Shown here: one piece after another, positions 1 to 9,397 of the stretch | Layout of the letters: every line of letters starts with the position of its first letter | Position numbering within the stretch: the stretch's first letter is position 1 | DNA from: an uncultured Chloroflexia bacterium | GTDB lineage: Bacteria; Chloroflexota; Limnocylindria; Limnocylindrales; CSP1-4 | Assembly (NCBI GenBank): GCA_963710105.1 | Contig: CAVPYV010000002.1 | Location: 22,084-86,083, forward strand | Length of the DNA stretch: 64,000 bases | Reading direction: 5' to 3' | The notes under the pieces: generated by a model | Seen by the model: the letters and a program-made list of their open reading frames with translations, nothing else | What the model was told of the DNA's origin: nothing | Databases searched by the model: none | Made by a program: the position numbers and the translations under genes

Positions 1-1
1 C

Positions 2-757
2 CGCTTCGCGAACGGAACTCCGCCCGATGTCGTCTTCGCCGACGCCCGGGCCGCGGGCCTCGACGCCGACTTGGAGGTGGCAACGCTGACCGCCGCGATC
101 GCGGCGGCCGCGGCCCTGCCGAAGGCCGCGTGGCTCAGCCTCAACGTCTCGCCGAGCCTCGTCGTCCGCGATCGGCGCCTCGGCGGTCTGCTGCGCGAGG
201 CGGACCGGCCGGTCGTCCTGGAGGTGACCGAGCATGTCGCGGTCGAGGACTACGGCGTCCTTCGTGGCGCCGTCGGCCGCCTCCGCCCTCCGGTGCGCAT
301 CGCGGTCGACGACGCCGGAGCGGGCGTGGCGAACTTCAACCACATCGTGGAGCTGCGACCGGCCTACGTGAAGCTCGATATCGGGTTCACCCGGGGCATC
401 GACACGGATCGAACGCGGATGGCCATGGTGCTCGGGCTCCAGCATTTCGCCGAGAAGTCAGGCTGCGAGACGATCGCCGAAGGCGTCGAGACGCGGGCCG
501 AGCTCGAGACGCTGCGGGGACTGGGCGTCCCGTTTGCGCAGGGCTACCTGCTCGGCGCGCCTGCCCCGGTCGACGCGTGGCGGGGCGCAGACGACGAAGC
601 CCGGACGGTGGCGGCGGCGTCACGCACGGCCCGGAGCTCGCCGATGCGGAGGAGGGCGGCCCTGGGTCCGAGCGTTCGCTCCCGGCCGGCTGCAGCCGGG
701 GAACAGGCGCCCGCCGGTCGACCGCCGCGGTCAGGACACGACGCCAGGTCCCTCTAG
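2..757 (+). CDS. EAL-domain c-di-GMP phosphodiesterase, C-terminal part (5-prime end lies outside the window)
   Basis: The frame of ORF 71..757 stays open to the window edge. Translation shows EAL hallmarks: LEVTEH, AVDDAGAG, VKLD, IAEGVET, FAQGYL. Confidence 0.85.
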   Translation, partial: RFANGTPPDVVFADARAAGLDADLEVATLTAAIAAAAALPKAAWLSLNVSPSLVVRDRRLGGLLREADRPVVLEVTEHVAVEDYGVLRGAVGRLRPPVRIAVDDAGAGVANFNHIVELRPAYVKLDIGFTRGIDTDRTRMAMVLGLQHFAEKSGCETIAEGVETRAELETLRGLGVPFAQGYLLGAPAPVDAWRGADDEARTVAAASRTARSSPMRRRAALGPSVRSRPAAAGEQAPAGRPPRSGHDARSL

Positions 758-822
758 CGTCCCTGTTCCGATATGGTCTTGACCATCGCCGACGAGATCT
801 GGTGTCGTCCACGACCCGCGCC

Positions 823-840
823 CGGCCGAGGGCTCGGCCG
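823..840. terminator. GC-rich hairpin between convergent genes
   Basis: CGGCCGAG-GG-CTCGGCCG, an 8-bp perfect inverted repeat in the gap between the EAL stop and the monooxygenase stop. No U-tract. Confidence 0.35.
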
Positions 841-939
841 TCGCCTTCGAGGACCGGGTTGGCCCGCGAGCTGAAGGGCCTCGCCGGCTGGCCCTCGAGT
901 CCCGCCGGGCGGCCACCATTCCCATCGTGGCCAGGGAGG

Positions 940-2127
940 TCACTGACCGGCCGCGGCGGCGACCCGGTAATCCTCGAGCGGGAACGGCGGGACGGTACGC
1001 TCGGCGACGACCTTGGTCATCCCCGGCAGGGCGGCCAGCCGGGTGACCAGGTTCCGGGCAATGACGCCCAGGCGGCTCGACGGGACGAAGAAGGAGCGGA
1101 ACACGAGCGCGCCCTTCTGCTCGCCCTCGACGAATGCGCGGAGCTTCTCCTCGTACCGTCGAAACGCCAGCGCAACATCGCCGCCCGTTGCGTGGAGCTC
1201 ACCGGCGAGGACGTAGGCCTCGGTCATCGCGAGGCCGGTGCCCTCCCCCGCGAGCAGCGAGGGACAGGCTGCGGCATCCCCGACCAGGGTGACGTGGCCC
1301 TTGGACCAGGCAGGCATCCGGATCTGGCTCACCCGGTCGAAGTACACCGGGCCCTCGTCGAGATACCGGAGCATCTCCGGGACCTCCCAGCCCATGCCGT
1401 CGTAGACCTGGCGCAACGCATCCTTGACCTCGTCCTGCCGGGGCTCGTGATCCAGCAGCCCGGCCCGGAAGACCAGCAGGATGATCGTCACCCCGTCGAC
1501 GCGCTGGATGCGCGCCGCCCAGCGGTTCTCGATGGCGTGGGCGACGTACCAGCCCGGGTGGACATGGGGATAGTCCGCGCTGCGGTAGGCGGCGACGTAG
1601 GCGTCGAGGAAGTGCTCGAACTGGCTCGCCGGCCCGAACACCAGCTCGCGCGTCGCCGAATGCAGGCCGTCCGCCCCGACGATCGCGTCGAACCGCTCCG
1701 TTCGGCCGTCCGACAGGACCGCCTCGACGCCGTCGGCGCGCTCCTCGATGCCGACGATGTGAACCCCGAACTCGGCTCGTACGTCGCCGCAGGCGTCGAA
1801 GGCGGCCTGGCAGATGGCCCCGCGGGGGACGGTGATGAAGCGGCCCTTCCACTGCTCGCGGACCTTGCCGGTGTCGAGGTGGGCGATCTCCTTGCCGTGA
1901 CCGTCGACGAAGCTGAGCCGCTCCTGCTCGGTTGCCTTCGCCCGCAGCTCCTCGATGATCCCCATCCGCTCGGCCACGTTGTAGCCGAGGCCCCAGAAGT
2001 CGACGACATATCCCTCGGTTCGGAGGCGGTCCGCCTTCTCGAACAGGACGGGCTCGTGGCCGTACTCGCGCAGCCAGTAGGCCAGCGTCGGGCCGGCGAT
2101 CCCGACCCCGTTGATGCCGATCCTCAC
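940..2127 (-). CDS. FAD-dependent monooxygenase (aromatic-ring hydroxylase-like)
   Basis: Start trimmed to GTG at 2127, preceded by AAGGAG. N-terminal GxGxxG (GINGVGIAGPTLA). Later DG..S and GDAA motifs are typical of FAD-binding monooxygenases. The upstream part of ORF 940..2361 is Arg/Pro junk. Confidence 0.85.
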   Translation of the reverse strand: MRIGINGVGIAGPTLAYWLREYGHEPVLFEKADRLRTEGYVVDFWGLGYNVAERMGIIEELRAKATEQERLSFVDGHGKEIAHLDTGKVREQWKGRFITVPRGAICQAAFDACGDVRAEFGVHIVGIEERADGVEAVLSDGRTERFDAIVGADGLHSATRELVFGPASQFEHFLDAYVAAYRSADYPHVHPGWYVAHAIENRWAARIQRVDGVTIILLVFRAGLLDHEPRQDEVKDALRQVYDGMGWEVPEMLRYLDEGPVYFDRVSQIRMPAWSKGHVTLVGDAAACPSLLAGEGTGLAMTEAYVLAGELHATGGDVALAFRRYEEKLRAFVEGEQKGALVFRSFFVPSSRLGVIARNLVTRLAALPGMTKVVAERTVPPFPLEDYRVAAAAGQ

Positions 2128-2201
2128 GGCGATTCTCCTTCGATCAGATTGCGGACCGATCCTCGACTCGATCGGGCGGTGGGCCGGCGAGGCTCCGGCC
2201 G

Positions 2202-2663
2202 TCAGGCCGCGAGCGCCACCGGGCCGTGGGCGCGGGCATACGCGTCCAGTCGCTCCAGCTCGTCGGCGTACAGCGGGCCGAGCATCCGGCCGATGAACAG
2301 CCGCAGCAGGACGCCGCCGAGCCCGGGCTCGTCGAACACGGTGTCGAAGCGGACGACGCACCCGTCGCCCGACGGCGCGACCGTGAACGTGGTGACCACG
2401 CCGTCACCGGTCTCCACCATCCGCCGGCCCGGTTCCGGCTCGGTGATCGTGGCGGACATCCGGCGGATTCGGCCGCTGCCCAGGTCGACGGTCCAGCTCG
2501 CCTCCGTCCCTGCCCCCACGCCTCCCCGGTGGACCGCGAAGGCACTGAACGCCGGCGGCAGGAACCCGTCCGGTCGATGGTGCTCGCGGTAGTCGGCGAG
2601 GCAGTGGTAGGCGACCTGCGCCGGGACGTCCATGCGGCGCTCGGCCGCGAACCTGCTCTTCAT
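2202..2663 (-). CDS. SRPBCC-superfamily (polyketide cyclase/dehydrase-like) protein
   Basis: 153-aa ORF of normal composition with an AGGAG site before the ATG. Sequence resembles SRPBCC ligand-binding proteins. Divergent from a TetR gene. Confidence 0.7.
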   Translation of the reverse strand: MKSRFAAERRMDVPAQVAYHCLADYREHHRPDGFLPPAFSAFAVHRGGVGAGTEASWTVDLGSGRIRRMSATITEPEPGRRMVETGDGVVTTFTVAPSGDGCVVRFDTVFDEPGLGGVLLRLFIGRMLGPLYADELERLDAYARAHGPVALAA

Positions 2664-2691
2664 TGCTCCTGATCACCTGTCCTCGGGATGC

Positions 2692-2723
2692 TGTACCATT
2701 TGGTACATGTACCATACGGTACA
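2692..2723. promoter_or_regulatory. Two abutting 16-bp palindromes, probable TetR operator
   Basis: TGTACCATTTGGTACA followed directly by TGTACCATACGGTACA (TGTACC-N4-GGTACA twice), in the 70-nt divergent intergenic region between the SRPBCC and TetR genes. Confidence 0.7.
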
Positions 2724-2733
2724 CTTGGCCAGG

Positions 2734-3321
2734 ATGAAACGTCAAGACCTCCTGGCCGCCGTCATTGAGGACCTCACGCGGAGCGGCCTCCACGACCGCT
2801 CGCTGCGCGACATCGCGGCCGCCGTCGGCACGAGCCACCGGATGCTGATCCACCACTTCGGCTCGCGATACGGGCTGATGACCGCCGTCGTCGCAGCGGT
2901 CGAGGAGGACCAGAAGCGGTTCATGGAGTCGATCGCCGGGGAGGGCGGCGACATCGTGGCCACGATGTGGCGTCGGCTCGGCGATCCGCAGCTGTGGCCC
3001 GCGATCCGCCTCTTCTTCGAGTGCTACGCCCGCGCGATCCAGGGCGAGGAGCCGTTCGCCGGGCTGCTGCCCGGCATCGTCGACGACTGGGTGGATCGAA
3101 CGGTCGCCCTGGACGCGGCGGCGGGCGTGCCGCCCGCGGTTGTCCGCGCCCAGGCGCGACTCGGTCTGGCGGTGTTCCGGGGGCTCCTGTTGGACCTGGT
3201 GGGCACGGGCGACCAGGCAGGAGTGGACGCGGCCTTCGAGGCCTTCATGGCGGTCGCCGCCCCGGACACCGAGGCATCGGCACCCGAGCGCGGTCGCGCC
3301 CGGATCGCGGATCGTCGCTGA
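2734..3321 (+). CDS. TetR-family transcriptional regulator
   Basis: ATG at 2734 (MKRQDLL...). N-terminal HTH SLRDIAAAVGTSHRMLIHHFGS typical of the TetR_N domain. Confidence 0.9.
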   Translation: MKRQDLLAAVIEDLTRSGLHDRSLRDIAAAVGTSHRMLIHHFGSRYGLMTAVVAAVEEDQKRFMESIAGEGGDIVATMWRRLGDPQLWPAIRLFFECYARAIQGEEPFAGLLPGIVDDWVDRTVALDAAAGVPPAVVRAQARLGLAVFRGLLLDLVGTGDQAGVDAAFEAFMAVAAPDTEASAPERGRARIADRR

Positions 3322-3333
3322 CCGGGGTCCTTG

Positions 3334-4611
3334 TCACGTCGCCATCGCCGCCGGCTCGTCGCGGATCGGCAGGCCCATCGCCGCTGCGAGATGCGGCCCG
3401 TCGAGGCTCGGCCCAAAGAGAGTCGCCGACGCCTGGCTGTGCTGCCAGAGCATCCCGAGGAAGTAGAGGCCCGGAACCTCGCTCACGCCGCGGCGGTGTC
3501 GCGGCAGCCCTTGGTTGTCGAGGATCGGCAGTTCGATCCAGCCGTAATCCGGGCGATAGCCCGTCGTCCAGATGACCGTGGCGATCCCGGCCGTCCGAAG
3601 GTCGAGCTCGGGGACCTCCGGCGGCGCGAAGTCGAACGTCACCCGGTCATCGGCGGGCACGTCGATGCCGGCCAGCGCGATGTACCGCTCGATCGGCGGC
3701 TGGAGGCGCTCGCCGAAGAACGCATCGGCGCGGGCAAGGCTCGCGGACAGGCCGGGCGCCAGCCGGATTCGCTCGCCGTCCACGGTGTCAAAGCGCCCGA
3801 GGAGCGTCATCCCGGCGGCCGCCATGCCTCGGAGGTCGATGTCGTGGCCGCCGTGCTGCCCGGACAGCATCGGATTCGGGGCGAATCGCAGGCGCGGATC
3901 GGGCAGCGTCTCGGCGGTCGGCAGCGTCACGCCGAGGTCGGGGCCATGGATCGTGAGGTCCCCGAGCCAGCGGAAGATGTCGCGCCCGCGGTAGCGCCGC
4001 GGCGCGCGCGGAGCGCCTCCGACCGACAGGTAGACCCGACGGCCGGCCTCGGCCAGCTCCTCCGCGATCTGCACGCCGGACTGACCGCTGCCGACAACGA
4101 CGACCGGTCCCGGCGGGATCGACGACTCGTTGCGGTATGCGTGCGAGTGGAGCTGGGTGACCCGGGCGGGAAGCTCCGCCGCCAGCGGCGGGAGCCGGGG
4201 GACATGGAGGGGACCGGTGGCAACCACCACCTCGGTCGCATCGAGGGCGCCCCCGCTCGTCGTCAGCCGGAAGCCACCGCCCGGACGAGCGGTCAGCTTC
4301 GTGACCTCGGTCTCCAGGTGCACGGGAGCGTCGATGGAGGTGGCGTAGCCGGCGACGCGGCGGACGATCTCGTCGCGCGGCATGAAGCCGTCGGGATCGT
4401 CCCCGTCGTACGGCCGATCCGGGAAGGAGGCGGTCCAGTTCGGCGTGACCAGGCGGAACCGGTCCCAGCGATCCTGCCAGCCACCGCCGAGGGTTGCCCG
4501 TCGCTCGAGGACGACATGCTCGCGGCCCGATCGGCTGAGGAAGCGGCTCATCGCCAGCCCGGCCTGGCCGGCGCCGACGACGACGGTGTCAATCTGTGAA
4601 GGAAGGCTCAT
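3334..4611 (-). CDS. NAD(P)/FAD-dependent oxidoreductase (flavin-containing monooxygenase / CzcO-like)
   Basis: Start taken at ATG 4611 (MSLPSQIDTVVVGAGQAGL). A second dinucleotide-binding motif, VVVGSGQSG, lies mid-protein. Confidence 0.85.
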   Translation of the reverse strand: MSLPSQIDTVVVGAGQAGLAMSRFLSRSGREHVVLERRATLGGGWQDRWDRFRLVTPNWTASFPDRPYDGDDPDGFMPRDEIVRRVAGYATSIDAPVHLETEVTKLTARPGGGFRLTTSGGALDATEVVVATGPLHVPRLPPLAAELPARVTQLHSHAYRNESSIPPGPVVVVGSGQSGVQIAEELAEAGRRVYLSVGGAPRAPRRYRGRDIFRWLGDLTIHGPDLGVTLPTAETLPDPRLRFAPNPMLSGQHGGHDIDLRGMAAAGMTLLGRFDTVDGERIRLAPGLSASLARADAFFGERLQPPIERYIALAGIDVPADDRVTFDFAPPEVPELDLRTAGIATVIWTTGYRPDYGWIELPILDNQGLPRHRRGVSEVPGLYFLGMLWQHSQASATLFGPSLDGPHLAAAMGLPIRDEPAAMAT

Positions 4612-4729
4612 TCGGACTCCTCTCGCTCGCTGTCCTGCGTCGAGGGCGCTCATGCTGGACCTCGCGGCGACGCACCGGAAGTTCGATCCGCGAACTTGTC
4701 GGGTTGATGGGTGGTGGGACAATTCGGGC

Positions 4730-5488
4730 ATGGGGTCGAGCGGCGACTACTGCGCATTCACGAAGGCCGTCGAGCACCTCGGCGACCGCTGGAGCCTCGT
4801 CATCGTGCGTGAGCTCTTCCTCCACGGCACGCTTGGCTTCACGGCCCTCGCCGATGGCCTGCCCGGGATCAGCCGGTCGGTCCTCGCGGCCCGGTTGCGA
4901 AAGCTCGAGGATCTCGAGGTGATCACGCGAGACCTCGCTTCCCGCCGAGGGGTGCCGGGCTACCGCCTGACCCATGCCGGGCGGGAGCTCGAGCCGGTGC
5001 TTCGCGGGCTCTGGCGCTGGTCCCTCCGGTTCGTTCCCGAGGATCCGGCGATGGCGGAACGCGACCCGGACATCGTCGTCACGTGGCTCAGCCGACGGAT
5101 CGATGTGGGCAGGGCGCCCGAGCGTCCGGTCGTGGTCGACCTCGACGTCGCGGGCACCGCTGCCAGCCGGTTCTGGATCGTCCTCGAGCGGGGCTGCGAT
5201 CCGTCGATCTGCATCGAGGATCCGTGCCTCGGCGGCGATCGATACGTGTACGTCGAAGCCGACGTCGGCGTCCTCTACCCGATCGCCAGGGGGCTGCGTG
5301 ACTGGTCGTCGGCGATCGCCGACGGCATGGTTCGGCTGTTCGGCGATCCATCGCTCGTTCGCAGCCTGCCCACGTGGTTCCTCCCCGCCCGGGCGGCGGC
5401 GTCGGCAGGCCCGATCGAGGCGAATGGCGTCGCGGCCAGTCGGCGGCCGGGCAGACCGGCAGTACGATCCTCGGATCATGCGCCGTAG
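4730..5488 (+). CDS. HxlR-type winged-helix transcriptional regulator with C-terminal extension
   Basis: ATG at 4730. CAFTKAVEHLGDRWSLVIVRELF... is a typical HxlR wHTH. Divergent from the flavoprotein gene. Confidence 0.85.
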   Translation: MGSSGDYCAFTKAVEHLGDRWSLVIVRELFLHGTLGFTALADGLPGISRSVLAARLRKLEDLEVITRDLASRRGVPGYRLTHAGRELEPVLRGLWRWSLRFVPEDPAMAERDPDIVVTWLSRRIDVGRAPERPVVVDLDVAGTAASRFWIVLERGCDPSICIEDPCLGGDRYVYVEADVGVLYPIARGLRDWSSAIADGMVRLFGDPSLVRSLPTWFLPARAAASAGPIEANGVAASRRPGRPAVRSSDHAP

Positions 5489-6614
5489 CGTCTCGGCTTC
5501 GGGACCCGTGACCATCACCCCGCCGCGCCAGGCCATCCACTTCACGCGGGGCGCCGACGGCACGCGCCTTGCCTACGCCCTCCACGGCTCGGGGCCGCCG
5601 CTCATCGTCGTGTCGTGCTGGCTGAGCCACTTGCAGCACGACTGGGAGAGCCCAGTGTGGCGGCACTTCCTGGAGGACCTCGGCGAGTTCTCGACCCTCG
5701 TTCGCTACGACGAGCGGGGTTTCGGGATGTCGGACTGGAACGTGTCCGATTTCTCCCTCGCCGCGCGGCTCGCCGACCTCGAGGCGATCGTCGACGCCCT
5801 CGGATTCGGGCGGGTCGCCCTGCTCGGCATGTCCGACGGCTCGCCGATCGCGATGCTCTACGCCGCGCGGCACCCCGACCGGGTCAGTCGCCTCGTCCTC
5901 TACGGGACCGTCTGCGGCGAGCGGGTCGTGTTCGAGGGCGAGCGGCGACTCGAGGAGGAGACGTACCAGGGCCTCGTCCGGATCGGGTGGGCCGGGGCAG
6001 ACCCGCGCTTCCGGCGAGTGTTCACCCAGGGCTTCATCCCCGACGCGACCGAGGAGCAGATGCGCTGGTTCGACGAGCTCCAGCGCCAGTCGACGAGCAC
6101 GGCGAACTATCTGGCCGCGCGAGCCGCCCGCTATCGCGAGGACATCACCGCGGAGATCCCGGATGTCGACGCGCCGACGCTGATCCTGCACGCCGTCGGC
6201 GACCGGCTGAAGACGTTCGACAACGCCACCGAGGTCGCCTCGCGGATCCGCGACTCGCGCCTGGTCCCGCTCGACAGCCGCAATCACATCCTCCTCGAAG
6301 GCGAGCCGGCGTGGCAGGTGTTCGTGAGCGAGGTCCGCGAATTCATGGAGCCGGAACGGGCGGCGTGGACGGCGTCTTCCCACGCATCGGGGGGCCGCGA
6401 AGCGGGACCCCGCGAACCGCTGACCCGCCGCGAGCTCGAGGTTCTCCGCCTCGCGGCCGACGGCCTGGCCAACGACGCGATCGCGGCTGCAATGGGCCTG
6501 AGCCCGCGGACGATCGAGCGCCACCTGTCGAACGCCTACTCCAAGCTCGGGCTGGTCGGCAAGCCGGCCCGGGCCGCGGCCGTGGCGGAGGTCGTCCGGC
6601 AGGGCCTCGCCTGA
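5478..6614 (+). CDS. Alpha/beta-hydrolase fold domain fused to a C-terminal LuxR-type HTH
   Basis: ATG at 5478 overlaps the HxlR stop. Nucleophile elbow GMSDG. C-terminal LTRRELEVLRLAADGLANDAIAAAMGLSPRTIERHLSNAYSKLG is a LuxR/GerE HTH. Confidence 0.85.
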   Translation: MRRSVSASGPVTITPPRQAIHFTRGADGTRLAYALHGSGPPLIVVSCWLSHLQHDWESPVWRHFLEDLGEFSTLVRYDERGFGMSDWNVSDFSLAARLADLEAIVDALGFGRVALLGMSDGSPIAMLYAARHPDRVSRLVLYGTVCGERVVFEGERRLEEETYQGLVRIGWAGADPRFRRVFTQGFIPDATEEQMRWFDELQRQSTSTANYLAARAARYREDITAEIPDVDAPTLILHAVGDRLKTFDNATEVASRIRDSRLVPLDSRNHILLEGEPAWQVFVSEVREFMEPERAAWTASSHASGGREAGPREPLTRRELEVLRLAADGLANDAIAAAMGLSPRTIERHLSNAYSKLGLVGKPARAAAVAEVVRQGLA

Positions 6615-6764
6615 TTCCGGGCAAGCTGCGTGCACCGCGCCACCGAGGCGGCAATCCGGGACACGCGATTGGGTGGAACCCGGGTTCCGCGCGCACCCGA
6701 CGAGGCGTGACGATCCAGGCGACGCCGGCCGAGCGTGTCGGTGCAGCCCTGGGAGGTCCCGACG

Positions 6765-7256
6765 ATGACGAGCGTCCTCATGGAGACCAGTGCGAAGTTC
6801 CGGAATGATCCGGCGGCAGGGCGAACGACGCCAGCCGTGACCGCGACGCTCACGGACGGCCGGGCCCAGCTGTCGGCCGGTCCCTACACCTGGGAGACGG
6901 ATCTTCCGTTGTCGATCGGCGGAACCAATGTCGCCCCGAGCCCGACGGCGTACCTCCTCGGTGCGTTGGCGGCCTGCGGGGTCGTCTTCATCAGCGACAC
7001 CCTTGCGCCCGAGTTCGGCGTGACGGTCGCCGGCGTCACGGCCGTGGCGCGGTGTCGCGCCGACCTGGCCGGTCTCATCGGCATCGAGAACGCCGTCCCG
7101 GACCTGACCGATCTCGAGATCGAGATCACCGTCACGACGCCCGATCCCGATTCGAAGACCGGGCCGATGTTCGACGCCTGGCAGCGCCGCTGCCCGATCT
7201 TCCTTGCGCTCCGCAACCCGAACGTGGTCGCGCTTCGAACGGCGGCCCGGAGCTGA
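6765..7256 (+). CDS. OsmC/Ohr-family peroxiredoxin-like protein
   Basis: ATG at 6765, 8 nt after GGGAGG (an alternative GTG lies at 6735). Sequence resembles the OsmC family. Confidence 0.8.
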   Translation: MTSVLMETSAKFRNDPAAGRTTPAVTATLTDGRAQLSAGPYTWETDLPLSIGGTNVAPSPTAYLLGALAACGVVFISDTLAPEFGVTVAGVTAVARCRADLAGLIGIENAVPDLTDLEIEITVTTPDPDSKTGPMFDAWQRRCPIFLALRNPNVVALRTAARS

Positions 7257-7261
7257 GCGTC

Positions 7262-7852
7262 GTGTACATCGAGACCGTCCGCCCGGAGGCGGCGACAGGC
7301 CCGGTCCGTGAGCTGTACGACCGGGACCTGGCAAGCCTCGGCTATGTCACGACCGACTCGATGCTGTTCAGCCTCCGCCCGGCGGTCCACGGCGCCTGGC
7401 GGCAGCTGGTCAGGGAGCTGCGAACGACGATTCGTCTTCGCCGCTACGAGCTCGTGACGATCGCGGCGGCCCGCGCCCTGGGCTGTCGGGCCTGCGTCAG
7501 CGCACACGGCGCCGTGCTGCTGCGGAACGGCATCGTCGACCCGTCGCAGCTCGCGGCGATCGTCCGCAACTTCCGGGACGCCGGCCGCGAGCCGCTCGAG
7601 GTCGCGATCATGGACCTCGCCGAGAAGGTCGCGATCGACGCCCACCGGGTCGGCCCAGCCGACATCGAGGGGCTGCGATCCCTCGGGCTCGACGACGGCG
7701 AGATCTTCGACATCGTCCTTGCCGCGGCGGCGCGGGCGTTCTACAGCAAGACCCTCGAATCGCTCGGCGTGCCGCCGAGCCCCGAGCTCGTCGAGACCAA
7801 CGGATTGCTCGACCTCGTCGACGACCGGCCCGCCATCGCCCCCTCCTGCTGA
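7262..7852 (+). CDS. Carboxymuconolactone decarboxylase / AhpD-like peroxidase-related protein
   Basis: GTG at 7262, 5 nt after the OsmC stop. CxxC motif with histidine (LGCRACVSAH) typical of AhpD-like proteins. Confidence 0.8.
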   Translation: MYIETVRPEAATGPVRELYDRDLASLGYVTTDSMLFSLRPAVHGAWRQLVRELRTTIRLRRYELVTIAAARALGCRACVSAHGAVLLRNGIVDPSQLAAIVRNFRDAGREPLEVAIMDLAEKVAIDAHRVGPADIEGLRSLGLDDGEIFDIVLAAAARAFYSKTLESLGVPPSPELVETNGLLDLVDDRPAIAPSC

Positions 7853-7885
7853 TGCGTCGGGCGCGGCCGTCGGCTGGTCTCGTCG

Positions 7886-9310
7886 TCAGGCTGGTGGCAG
7901 GGCCAGGCTCCAGGTCTCGAGCTCGACGATCGACGCCGTGCCGCCCGACGCGGCGAACGTGACGGCCAGCCGGTCGCCGCGGGTCGTCGGCAGCCGAATC
8001 GTGGCCATCGTCCGACCGTCGATCTCCAGCTCCATCACCGACCCGTCCACGATCAGCCGGAGGCCGAGGGTCGCGGTCCCGGCCTCCGGCAGGACCTTGC
8101 TGCTCTTCGAGCTCCGTCCCGCCACGCTCACGATGCCCCGTCGGGCGACGGACAGCAGCCGCTCCGCAGGACGGTAGGCGACACGCGCCTCGGGGCTGTC
8201 GTCATCGCCGTCGAGGAGCTCGATGGCGATCTCGTCGGCATCCCCGGGGTCGATCGTCGCGGCGACCTCGAATTGCTGGCTGACGAGGTCGTAGCGCCAG
8301 GCCCCTGCGTCCCCCTCGAGCCGGACCGGGCCGTGGGCACGCCCGGCGCTCCGGAGTGCCGCCACCTCGGACGCAATGGCCAGGCTGAGCTGCCCGTCGT
8401 CGCCCATCGAGACGATCCGCGGAAACGTCATCGAGCCGGTCCACGTCCGAGGCGACGATTCGGGCGGGGGGTCTTCCGGGATCCAACCGAGGAGGAGGTG
8501 CCTCCCGTCCGGAGTCGTCGTCGTCGCCGGGGCGTAGAAGTCGGGACCCATGCCCAGCGCCTCCGCGCGGTCCACGACGAAGCGGCCGTCCTCGACCCGC
8601 CCCACGAACGCTGCGACGTGGGAGGGCCGGACGCCGGGCGCGCGGTCGACCACGGACACGATCAGAACCGCATCGTCGCCGAGCCGGACGAGTTGCGGAC
8701 ACTCCCAGCAGGGTCCGTCGGCACCCGCGGCCCGCGCGACATCGTCGGTCGACAGGAACAGCCCGCGGTAGGCCCAGGTCCGGAGATCGGGCGACTGGTA
8801 GCGGACCACGGCGCCGAGGCCGTCGGTGGTTCCGGCTCCGACGAGCATCGACCAGCCGCCGCCATCCCGATAGACGAAGGGATCCCGGAAGGCGTCGTTG
8901 CTGAACCCGTCCGGAGGACCGGGAATGCATGGGTCGATGTCCTTCCGCCAGGTCGTCAGGCCATCGACACTCGTAGCCCGGCAGACGGCGGGCCGGCGCT
9001 CGTCCTCGACGAGCCGGACGCCGGTGTAGAACATCGACGCGACCCCGTCGTCCTCGACGATGCAGCCCGACCAGCACCCGAAGGCGTCGGCGCCGGCGTC
9101 ATCGGGTGAGATGGCGATCGGAAGGTGCTGCCAGGCGACGAGGTCGGCCGAGGCCGCGTGCCCCCAATGCATCCGACCCCATTCGAGGGCGTCCGGGTTG
9201 TGCTGGTAGAAGACGTGAAGTGTGCCGTCGCGGAAGACGAGCCCGTTCGGGTCGTTCATCCAGTTCGCTTCGGGCGTCAGATGAAACCGTGGGCGCTCGT
9301 CGCCGGCCAC
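7886..9310 (-). CDS. Glycoside hydrolase family 32 (beta-fructofuranosidase / sucrose-6-phosphate hydrolase-like)
   Basis: WMNDPNG, RDP and WECP catalytic motifs appear in the expected order. Confidence 0.9.
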   Translation of the reverse strand: MAGDERPRFHLTPEANWMNDPNGLVFRDGTLHVFYQHNPDALEWGRMHWGHAASADLVAWQHLPIAISPDDAGADAFGCWSGCIVEDDGVASMFYTGVRLVEDERRPAVCRATSVDGLTTWRKDIDPCIPGPPDGFSNDAFRDPFVYRDGGGWSMLVGAGTTDGLGAVVRYQSPDLRTWAYRGLFLSTDDVARAAGADGPCWECPQLVRLGDDAVLIVSVVDRAPGVRPSHVAAFVGRVEDGRFVVDRAEALGMGPDFYAPATTTTPDGRHLLLGWIPEDPPPESSPRTWTGSMTFPRIVSMGDDGQLSLAIASEVAALRSAGRAHGPVRLEGDAGAWRYDLVSQQFEVAATIDPGDADEIAIELLDGDDDSPEARVAYRPAERLLSVARRGIVSVAGRSSKSSKVLPEAGTATLGLRLIVDGSVMELEIDGRTMATIRLPTTRGDRLAVTFAASGGTASIVELETWSLALPPA

Positions 9311-9397
9311 GCGACCTCCCGGAATGGCGGGGCGGAGGAGAGGACCCCGAATTGCTTGCCAGGAGGCAATCTTATGGCATCCGACCCGAGGTCGCGG

